A DNA stretch of 29,541 bases from a virus (taxonomy: Duplodnaviria > Caudoviricetes). The notes beneath the pieces were generated by a model. It was given only the letters and a program-made list of their open reading frames with translations, was not told the DNA's origin and did no database searches. This document shows positions 16,856 to 24,290 of this stretch, in pieces (the first letter of the stretch is position 1; each line of letters opens with the position of its first letter). Position numbers and translations under genes: made by a program. The DNA is taken from IMG/VR virus record IMGVR_UViG_3300031519_011019, positions 1 to 29,541 of that record. The stretch is one strand, 5' to 3'.

Positions 16856-17164
16856 CTAAGGGGAGGGGAGAAACGGGGATGTCTCGACCGTGTTTTCATA
16901 ATGTGCCTTATAGGCTTCAAGTCTTGCACGGCTGCCGGGTGTACCTTGCAAGTGTGTTGCATTGTCGCCCACAGTATTCGGGAGTCGCTCATTAATTCGC
17001 CCCCTCTTCCGTGAGGTTTTTGCAAACTTCAAAACCTTTTCACTTTTGATAATTCCATCGCCTGACGTACTCTTCCAGCATGGAATAGCTACCCCGACGA
17101 AAATTGTGTCTAGTTGGTTCCAAGCATCCCGTAGAATCTTGTGTTTTTGAATCATTTTTTCCAT
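16856..17164 (-). CDS. Hypothetical protein
   Basis: 102 aa; GGGAG RBS. Confidence 0.7.
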   Translation of the reverse strand: MEKMIQKHKILRDAWNQLDTIFVGVAIPCWKSTSGDGIIKSEKVLKFAKTSRKRGRINERLPNTVGDNATHLQGTPGSRARLEAYKAHYENTVETSPFLPSP

Positions 17165-17334
17165 TATTATTTTCTCCCTGTTGGTACGATCAAATTTCCC
17201 ATAATCAAACTTATTAATACTACCAGAGCCACCACTGCCAGTCCTTGCATAATTCTTCCTCTTCCATTATTGTTAGTTGTTCTGTTTCGCTTTCCTCTTG
17301 TATATCTTCATCATACATTATCTCAAGTGTCCTT

Positions 17335-17618
17335 TCAAGCTATTTTTAAGATTTTAATGTTTTTTTCTTTTGTGATGATTTCCTGTTTTCCACATTTGTG
17401 CTGAAATACAATGGCCTTGATATTTTCCATGAGGGTAACGCCCCTTCTTAAATTCCCGGTTTGCGTGTTGAATACTATCGTTTTCATACTTCTCCCTCCT
17501 CTGGTGTTGGTTCTGGCGTTGTCGCTTCTAGCTCCGTTTCCCAAGCCATCCGCTCCTCATAAAGTTGTCGTTCTGTTTCCATTCCACAATAATAAGCACG
17601 ATCAAATAAACTGGACAT
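17335..17618 (-). CDS. Two coupled small proteins (17484-17618, 44 aa acidic; 17335-17487, 50 aa basic)
   Basis: Promoter at 17651-17679; RBSs; ATGA overlap. Confidence 0.55.
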
Positions 17619-17681
17619 TTTCATTCTCCTGTTTTCCCTTGTTATGCTGTATTATACATCGTCCTAAGTGTCCTGTCAACT

Positions 17682-17879
17682 TTAAAACATATCACAATAA
17701 TCTGCTGGATTATCATCACCACCGAAATAGTCTTGAGCCTCTGTGTATAAATCGGGCTGTCCATCGTCCGATTCGTATTCTTGAAAAACAGCTTGGCAAT
17801 TCTCGCCACATCGTGAGCAAATTTCTTGATTGTCGTCAGTCCAAGCACCACAGCAATCACTTTCGAATTGTCCGTACAT
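17682..17879 (-). CDS. Small Zn-binding acidic protein
   Basis: SDCCGA...ICSRCGENC; promoter at 17916-17944. Confidence 0.75.
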   Translation of the reverse strand: MYGQFESDCCGAWTDDNQEICSRCGENCQAVFQEYESDDGQPDLYTEAQDYFGGDDNPADYCDMF

Positions 17880-17944
17880 TTTATTTTCTCCCGTTGTTGT
17901 TTCTTGTTATGCTATATTATACCGTTTACCAAGTGTCCAGTCAA

Positions 17945-18217
17945 TCACTTTTTTCGATACCACTCTACACCCGGATCATCGTACAATCTCATAAGGTCAT
18001 TTACCTCATCGCCCAATTCTTGAATGTCGCAACGCACACAAACTTCGGCATCCATGTATCCGCCAACGGGCTTACCGTCTGCATAAAATACCATAACCTC
18101 AAAATCGCTTCCAGCTATGGCCTTATTACAGGCTGCTGAGATGTCAAACATCTTATTGCTCCAAACTGCATGAAACCAGTTACCATCATGATTCTGCCAG
18201 TAATTTTTATCCGTCAT
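17945..18217 (-). CDS. Hypothetical protein (90 aa)
   Basis: Start moved to ATG 18217 (GGAGG RBS); preceded by a 28-aa hydrophobic ORF at 18217-18303. Confidence 0.65.
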   Translation of the reverse strand: MTDKNYWQNHDGNWFHAVWSNKMFDISAACNKAIAGSDFEVMVFYADGKPVGGYMDAEVCVRCDIQELGDEVNDLMRLYDDPGVEWYRKK

Positions 18218-18326
18218 CAAATGACCTCCAGTATAGCTGTTATAAAGTCTACAAATTTTGCCGTTGTTAGTATGCTGATCCCGATCCCAATTATGTAATC
18301 CATTGTTTTCTCCCTTGTTATGCTTT

Positions 18327-18418
18327 ATTATATGCAGTGTCCTATACAGTGTCAAGCCTTATTATATATATTTATGTTTTTATATATTACTTGACAGACA
18401 GATAGTACGGGTTATAAT
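18327..18418. promoter_or_regulatory. Back-to-back promoters
   Basis: Minus TTGACA-17-TATAAT (18327-18355); plus TTGACA-16-TATAAT (18391-18418) followed by GGGCGA. Confidence 0.8.
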
Positions 18419-18428
18419 CAGGGGGCGA

Positions 18429-18596
18429 TTATTTTGAGGGGTGTTGGTTTCGAAGCCTGTTTAGCACATCGGCAGCTTCGGCCATAGTCAGATGCACAAC
18501 CCTCACATCGGTATTATTACCGGTGACGTGTACAACATATTCTGTCGTACTATTCTGCTCTATTTCCGCGTGATAACCGTTATCAAAATGATACAT
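18429..18596 (-). CDS. Hypothetical protein (55 aa)
   Basis: Hand-translated MYHFDNGYHAEIEQ... Confidence 0.5.
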   Translation of the reverse strand: MYHFDNGYHAEIEQNSTTEYVVHVTGNNTDVRVVHLTMAEAADVLNRLRNQHPSK

Positions 18597-18713
18597 TATA
18601 TTTTTCTAATAGAGTAATCTGACTTAGTTATTATACACAAATTTTATGAATTTTCCGCTTATCTTCTACCGACCTTTTAAACAACCGTAAGGTTTCGGAA
18701 AGACACGGTACAA

Positions 18714-18847
18714 CCCTGCCATTCTGTCATGCCACCTTTGGGGGGGTATGGCCCCCTGCCATTTTGTCATGCCACCTTTGTGGGGGTGTTGCATTTTGCG
18801 TCACGCATTTTGCCCCACCCCCCGCAGGGGGTAGAGCATTTTGCGTC
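18714..18847. repeat. Direct-repeat cluster
   Basis: 27-bp CCCTGCCATT(C/T)TGTCATGCCACCTTTG at 18714 and 18754; GCATTTTGC at 18791, 18805 and 18836. Confidence 0.85.
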
Positions 18848-18854
18848 GCCCCCC

Positions 18855-19079
18855 TTAGGAGGGGATACACCCTCTCTGGTAGGCGTCTTCGGTTTTGTGA
18901 TCTTCGTTGGTCTCGATATGATATTTCACCATCTCGACATCGGTTGTCTCTACTAAAATCTCGTCCTCATATTTCAGAGTTAAGACATGGTTCGAGACTT
19001 CGCAAGAATAGCTTTCGTCATTGTCGCAAGTATCGAGAATAAAAAGCACGGTATCGACGTATTTTTGAGCGTTTGACAT
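18855..19079 (-). CDS. Hypothetical acidic protein (74 aa)
   Basis: GGAG RBS; promoter at 19122-19150. Confidence 0.65.
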   Translation of the reverse strand: MSNAQKYVDTVLFILDTCDNDESYSCEVSNHVLTLKYEDEILVETTDVEMVKYHIETNEDHKTEDAYQRGCIPS

Positions 19080-19402
19080 TTTGATTTCTCCAAGTTGTGA
19101 TCGTTTCCCGTTCATACCTTAATAATAGTAGTCTCAATAAGGATTTACAAATTTGGTTTGGTTTTTTCGATACGTATAGCTGTTTTTTGCTAAAAATTCT
19201 TTTTGGACACCTTGTTTTTCGACGTTTCGCAAAGTTATTGAGACTGACAATTTTTCTATTCTAGGTTTCTGACAGGTAGCACGTTGGGAGGCCCAAATTC
19301 AGCTTCTCTCTGCCAATTTTAACCCCCCTTCAACCTATAGGTAGTTGGAAAGGATACTAGGCTCAGAAACGAAATTTTGAATTTCGCTCCTTTCGCCCCC
19401 TG

Positions 19403-19570
19403 TTACGATATCGCCTGCCCGGTTCTCCAAACGCTATTTTTGAAAACCATTTTTTTCAAGGCGTCGATCTGTGCGTTGGTAAAATCTGCCGCCTCCCGTT
19501 CTTCGTTGTATTCGTTCCATGCCTCATAGGCTTCTTGTTCGGTTGTGAAGTTGAAATTTACGTTTTCCAT
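19403..19570 (-). CDS. Hypothetical protein (55 aa)
   Basis: GGAG RBS; promoter-like element at 19605-19633. Confidence 0.6.
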   Translation of the reverse strand: MENVNFNFTTEQEAYEAWNEYNEEREAADFTNAQIDALKKMVFKNSVWRTGQAIS

Positions 19571-19645
19571 TTTTCGAATCTCCAAGGGTTTCTGATTATG
19601 TGATATTGTACGCTCGCCAATGTGTCCAGTGTAGAAAATTCTGGT

Positions 19646-19903
19646 CTAATTTCTTCGGCTCATTTTTCCGCCAAGGCTACGGTTCAAACTGGTTGGAAGA
19701 TATCGCAGATTCGATAGGACATGTGTGCCACCATCACCAAGGGGCGTTGTGTGATCGACATCAAAGCCGACTGGGCAATTCTGGTAGAATACTACCATAT
19801 TCTTGTATTCTTCGGTTCTGGTCTGGATTGTGAAGACGTTGTATTTTTCGGCTCGCTTTTGTGCTTTGATCCAGTTTTTTCGGGCTTGTTCGCGGGTTCT
19901 CAT
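19646..19903 (-). CDS. Minimal HNH endonuclease (85 aa)
   Basis: DVDHTTPLGDGGTHVLSNLRYL...N motif; promoter TTGCAT-17-TATAAT at 19944-19972. Confidence 0.75.
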   Translation of the reverse strand: MRTREQARKNWIKAQKRAEKYNVFTIQTRTEEYKNMVVFYQNCPVGFDVDHTTPLGDGGTHVLSNLRYLPTSLNRSLGGKMSRRN

Positions 19904-20440
19904 TTTTCTGGCTTTCAAGGTGGAAGCGTTTTTCTTATACCGGATTATATACCGCAACTTTTTACAATGCAATACTATGGTATCGGAATTTTTCATTTTT
20001 TACTTTATTTTCAGTCGCTGAATTTTGATTATTTTGTATTTTGTTTTTAGACACCTAGCATGACGAGATTCTGCTTATACCCCCCTCAGGTAGGGTACTG
20101 ACTTTTGAAACGGGTTTCTGACAGGTAGTACGTTCGGAGGTCGATATTTTGTTCGTATCGTACGATTCTGCCCCCTATTCAACCTATTACTTGTTACGGT
20201 ACTATTATCTATTACAGCTCATTTTTAGAGCTATTATATTATTTCTATTTTCCCTTATTTTGAAGGCTTCGAAAATCGCCCCCTCCTGATGGGCTGGCCC
20301 CTAGCAACCTATAGGTTGTATTGGGTATGTTCGTGGCCCCTGTGCCCCTGTCCTATGGCTCCCCGTCTGCTACCTGTCCGCTGAGCCTACCCTACCAGCA
20401 CTACCCCCCTTGCGAGGGGATTGTCGCCCTATGCTACCGG

Positions 20441-20456
20441 CCCCCCTTTCGGGGGG
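20441..20456 (-). terminator. C6-GAAA-G6 hairpin
   Basis: GNRA-capped hairpin downstream of 20507-20662; no U-tract. Confidence 0.5.
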
Positions 20457-20506
20457 TGCTACGTATGATCACTGGTCTGTGTGTTCCCTTTATAATGTAG
20501 TACATT

Positions 20507-20662
20507 TTAGTTCCTCTTTTTGGTCATGTCGATCATGTAATGGCCGTCATTCGTATCCCGTAACAGTCGTAAGAATGCAGGTATTTGACCGGCAAAGAAT
20601 CCGACGACACAAAGAGCACCAATGAAGTCCGCGTCTTGAATCATGAGGGCTGCGATTTCCAT
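20507..20662 (-). CDS. Small hydrophobic protein (51 aa)
   Basis: Hand-translated; promoter at 20699-20727. Confidence 0.5.
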   Translation of the reverse strand: MEIAALMIQDADFIGALCVVGFFAGQIPAFLRLLRDTNDGHYMIDMTKKRN

Positions 20663-20753
20663 TGTATTAGTTTCCGGGGTTTTCGTTTGTTATGCTTTAT
20701 TATACCGGGTCGAAACTGTCCAGACAAGAAAATTCCAAAAATAACCAACCCCC

Positions 20754-20945
20754 CTAAATGAAGGGGGCTAGTTCTGGTTTCTCAGCTACAATGTCGGCGA
20801 TTATCTCATCGCTGTAATCAGTACCGATTGATACCCCAACGACACAGCCATCAAGTAAAACACTGTAAACTACTTGCTCTGTTTCCAATTCTGGATTACC
20901 TGATTCGTGAGCTACATTTACTGTTTCGACATTTACTTTGAACAT
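20754..20945 (-). CDS. Hypothetical acidic protein
   Basis: 63 aa; GGAG RBS; promoter at 20983-21011; first gene of the leftward block. Confidence 0.7.
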   Translation of the reverse strand: MFKVNVETVNVAHESGNPELETEQVVYSVLLDGCVVGVSIGTDYSDEIIADIVAEKPELAPFI

Positions 20946-21297
20946 GGTGATTGCTCCGAGTGGTTTGTTTCTGAACTACTCAAATATACTCATAATAAAT
21001 TGTCCAGTCAAGACTATATCTTTCTATATTTATATATACTGATATTATAGTGGGATTTTATATTCTTTTTTTTTATTTATTTACTAGACACATTGCACAT
21101 GAGACTAGCTGCCACAATGGCAGGCTCCCCCCCAATAGGGGTACCCCGGTGTTTTAGTACCTAGTTTCCCCCCAAAGGAGGGGGGCACAGAGGGCGGGGT
21201 GGTTCTGAAACAATTCAGATATTTATGAATATATGTATTACCCAAACTAGCCCCTTAAGCCCCTGCTTTCTTTTTATGTGGCTTTAGCCACTTAAAG

Positions 21298-21327
21298 TTG
21301 TCAAAACCGCTCCCCAAGTGTATAATA
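21298..21327 (+). promoter_or_regulatory. Promoter of the rightward operon
   Basis: TTGTCA-17-TATAAT, overlapping a GTGTATAATA motif. Confidence 0.7.
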
Positions 21328-21365
21328 GTGTATAGAAACGATTATTCGTACTCAAAGGCACAATA

Positions 21366-21548
21366 ATGAACAAAATAACATCCCTAGACACTGATTTGCG
21401 TCTAAAAGCAGCTGTTGGACTGGAACAAGCTGTCGCACAGGATATGGATGCCGAGGATAGACCACTTTTGGAACTGTTGGCGAACAAGATAGCCGACTTA
21501 GAAGAGGAAACAGATGAAGATACAGAAGACACTGACAGTAGCGTATGA
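21366..21548 (+). CDS. Small acidic protein
   Basis: 60 aa. Confidence 0.65.
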   Translation: MNKITSLDTDLRLKAAVGLEQAVAQDMDAEDRPLLELLANKIADLEEETDEDTEDTDSSV

Positions 21549-22215
21549 AGCAGCGGAAGCTTACTTTCCAGTTACCAACTCTCTTAAGATGATGGGTACG
21601 GAATCTCTCTATGAATTACTACCCGGACTACAACACGCTAATATAACTTCTAAAACACACTCCTTCATTGCAACATATGATTTTGATCATTCATTTTATT
21701 ATAGAATAGATAGAATGGACGGTCCCGAGTCCGTAGCCAACGAGATCGGCTTAGGAACACTCACCGAACACAGCGGCAACATCATTCTTATTAGAGAACA
21801 GCCAATCTATGTTCAAGCCGTCAATGACGAGAAACGTTCAGCCTATGGCACACGCCCATTAAACTTACGTAATATAGATGACGACACATTAATTGTTGTA
21901 ACATCATACATACCTACTAATATAGTCGAGGCCCTCCCTGACCCCAACATGATTATTACATCTTTAGATGATCATCTTCCCCACCCGCTCAAAATTGAGA
22001 AGCAATCTATTGTGGGTCGCCTCACCGACAGTATCGAATCCATTGCGATTGCCGACCTAGCTAAGCTCGTCAGTGGTGGCTCACTGGTCGCCCCTCCCCT
22101 TACAGCGGATACTAAGCCAGAACTTGGAACGATTGTATTCGACACCGACACCACATGCCTGTGCTACTGGAATGGTAAAAGCTGGGTACAGCTTACCGGC
22201 GGTACGTCGCCATGA
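21514..22215 (+). CDS. Hypothetical protein, possibly virion-associated
   Basis: 233 aa; C-terminal GTIVFDTDTTCLCYWNGKSWVQL resembles a motif common in fibre/structural proteins. Confidence 0.65.
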   Translation: MKIQKTLTVAYEAAEAYFPVTNSLKMMGTESLYELLPGLQHANITSKTHSFIATYDFDHSFYYRIDRMDGPESVANEIGLGTLTEHSGNIILIREQPIYVQAVNDEKRSAYGTRPLNLRNIDDDTLIVVTSYIPTNIVEALPDPNMIITSLDDHLPHPLKIEKQSIVGRLTDSIESIAIADLAKLVSGGSLVAPPLTADTKPELGTIVFDTDTTCLCYWNGKSWVQLTGGTSP

Positions 22216-22715
22216 ATACCCCACCGAACATGACTGATGAAGAAGTATTAGATAAAATAAATCTTGTTGTTGGACGAATCGCCCCACGCTACACCTTTAA
22301 TGGGTATGAAGTAGACGATATCAAACAAGAAGCATTTATTATATGCATGGAAGCACTTAAACGCTATGACTGTAAACGCCCCCTAGAAAATTTCCTTAGT
22401 GTGAATCTGTCGAATAGACTCAAGAATTTCATTAGGGACAACTATTTCACTAAAAACGAAACAGAAAAGCAAAAAGTGCTCAACCCTGCACAACTAGCCT
22501 TCGAGGACAGCATCCCCGGAGACTACGTACAAGATGAAGAGGACATCATTGACGCACAGGATATATCTGTTATCATTGATGAACACTTACCCGTTGATTG
22601 CCGCTCCGACTATCTTAAAATGATTTCCGATGTTTATGTACCTAAGAAACGCAAAGAAGAAGTCGTACAAACAATTCAACTTATATTGGAAGAGCATGGT
22701 TATGAAAACAGGTAG
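22212..22715 (+). CDS. Phage RNA polymerase sigma-like factor (sigma70 region 2)
   Basis: DDIKQEAFIICMEALKRYD.KRPLENFL...NRLKNFIRD matches the region 2 pattern. Confidence 0.75.
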   Translation: MNTPPNMTDEEVLDKINLVVGRIAPRYTFNGYEVDDIKQEAFIICMEALKRYDCKRPLENFLSVNLSNRLKNFIRDNYFTKNETEKQKVLNPAQLAFEDSIPGDYVQDEEDIIDAQDISVIIDEHLPVDCRSDYLKMISDVYVPKKRKEEVVQTIQLILEEHGYENR

Positions 22716-23508
22716 ACTATCTAATGACGAAGGCCGCCTCATTGCTCGCCTCATCGACAATATGACGGTGGAGGACATCGCGGCCAAGATGGACCGTAGG
22801 GTGGAGACTATAGAGAAATTCGTCAAGGGAACTCTCAGGGAAGGGCTTAGTGGTTACGAAGAAGCCCAGTACAGCCTAGAAGATCGCCCCTATTGGATTG
22901 AACTTGAAAATCAGTTTGACCATGCTGAACTAGAGTTATTTAAATATCACTGGAGCCGCATTATCTCGCAGTTCCGTGATGACGTACTTCCCACAGAGGA
23001 ATTACAGGTGGTCGATGTTATTAAACTAGAGCTATTAATGAACCGCTCGTTAAAGTGTAGTAAAGATAGTATAGAACAACTTAATATACATGAGTCGATG
23101 TTAAATCTTGAACGCGAGAAAGACCGCGAAGACCAAGATACCGACCTCATGATCTCGGCACAGCGGGCAATCGCCGGTATCCGTGCCGCACAGGAATCCC
23201 TTAATAAAGATTACCGCGAACTGCAATCGAAGAAACAGTCGATGCTGCGTGAGATTAAGGGAACTAGAGAACAACGTGTTAAACGATTAGAGGACTCCAA
23301 GCAAAGTCTAGTCGCTTGGGTAGCCTCACTTATGCAAGACCCAGAACTCGCTAAATCCTATGGACTCGAAATGGAAAAGATGAGACTGGCTATGGAAAGA
23401 GAGAAGGAACGCCTATCAGCGTTCCATAAATATCAGGACGGAACCGTGGATAGGCCATTCCTGTCCGTTGACTCAGTAAAAAAGGAAGATAAGGAAAATG
23501 GACCCTGA
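22702..23508 (+). CDS. HTH plus coiled-coil protein, candidate terminase small subunit
   Basis: N-terminal MTVEDIAAKMDRRVETIEKF HTH; long coiled coil; upstream of TerL in the same operon. Confidence 0.5.
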   Translation: MKTGRLSNDEGRLIARLIDNMTVEDIAAKMDRRVETIEKFVKGTLREGLSGYEEAQYSLEDRPYWIELENQFDHAELELFKYHWSRIISQFRDDVLPTEELQVVDVIKLELLMNRSLKCSKDSIEQLNIHESMLNLEREKDREDQDTDLMISAQRAIAGIRAAQESLNKDYRELQSKKQSMLREIKGTREQRVKRLEDSKQSLVAWVASLMQDPELAKSYGLEMEKMRLAMEREKERLSAFHKYQDGTVDRPFLSVDSVKKEDKENGP

Positions 23509-23617
23509 ATCACTTCTGGTAATTTTACCATGTTGGGCCTTGGCACTAAGTATTGAATTAGCCATAGGGGCCTTTCTTGTGAACATGACTAAGGATAAGA
23601 CAAAACGATTTAAGTAA
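23498..23617 (+). CDS. Small membrane peptide (39 aa)
   Basis: MDPESLLVILPCWALALSIELAIGAFLVNMTKDKTKRFK; AAGGA RBS. Confidence 0.55.
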   Translation: MDPESLLVILPCWALALSIELAIGAFLVNMTKDKTKRFK

Positions 23618-23630
23618 GAAGGACAGAACA

Positions 23631-24290
23631 GTGCAACTGGACAAACAAAAGATAATTCTCCTCCATCCCGGCAAGACAGGTGGCTCCTCAGTAGAAGCCG
23701 CACTGGTAAAGGCGTACTTGAAGACCGATTTCGGCACCTTCACTCGTCAACATAAGAACGGAGATTTTGATCTCATGTTTGGCCTCGACACTATTCGTAA
23801 CATATACCTTCAACATGGAGACCTGCGGTTATATGAGATGTTTGACATACCAATGCGTAGATTCAACGTCTCATGTACCGTTCGTCGCCCATATGAACGT
23901 GTACTCAGTGCCTTCTATTACAATGGTTTCTCCAAAAGGATGGACTTCTCAGAATTTATTCAGAGTCACCTAAGCGGAGAAGTTAAACGTAATTATTATG
24001 AAAGTGGTAACGCTATGCTTGATACTAAAAAATATCACATTAACCACTTTGCCCCATGTACTTTATATTTAAAAAGGAATCGGTACAGCGTAAATAATAT
24101 AATAAAGTGTGAGAACCTCGCTGCGGACGTTAAAAAACATCTCGGCCTCATTCTCCCCCGCACTAAACTATCGCAGACCGTTGCCAATACAAAATATAAA
24201 AACCACATTGACGCTTATACACAAAAGATGAAAGACAAAGTATATACTATATATAATGAGGACTTCAAAACGTTAGGATATAAAAAATGA
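23631..24290 (+). CDS. Sulfotransferase family 2 protein
   Basis: 5'-PSB motif LHPGKTGGSSV, 3'-PB motif VRRPYERVLSAFYY, HFAP, and C-terminal YNEDFKTLGY. Confidence 0.85.
   Translation: MQLDKQKIILLHPGKTGGSSVEAALVKAYLKTDFGTFTRQHKNGDFDLMFGLDTIRNIYLQHGDLRLYEMFDIPMRRFNVSCTVRRPYERVLSAFYYNGFSKRMDFSEFIQSHLSGEVKRNYYESGNAMLDTKKYHINHFAPCTLYLKRNRYSVNNIIKCENLAADVKKHLGLILPRTKLSQTVANTKYKNHIDAYTQKMKDKVYTIYNEDFKTLGYKK

Larger units (their letters stand above)
19264..20187. repeat. Diverged ~75-bp direct repeat pair (19264-19338 and 20113-20187)
   Basis: 28-bp box 26/28 identical, then a 37-nt spacer, then TTCAACCTAT in both copies. Confidence 0.85.

Noticed and set aside
18435-18505. Plus-strand fold with a C-UUCG-G loop after the 18391 promoter
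   Set aside because: It lies wholly antisense to a plausible 55-aa ORF and the helices are short, so it is not called as a separate ncRNA
18714-18780. Sigma54 promoter (TGGCA on the minus strand)
   Set aside because: GG-to-GC spacing is not the required GG-N10-GC
19264-20187. IS/transposon or prophage att sites
   Set aside because: No transposase or integrase in the window; the repeats are diverged and both flanks are phage-like
65-21284. Many plus-strand ORFs in the ORF track (e.g. 65-403, 8884-9297, 11579-12130, 15255-15683, 17411-18139)
   Set aside because: They are antisense shadows of well-supported minus-strand genes, with no RBS and atypical composition
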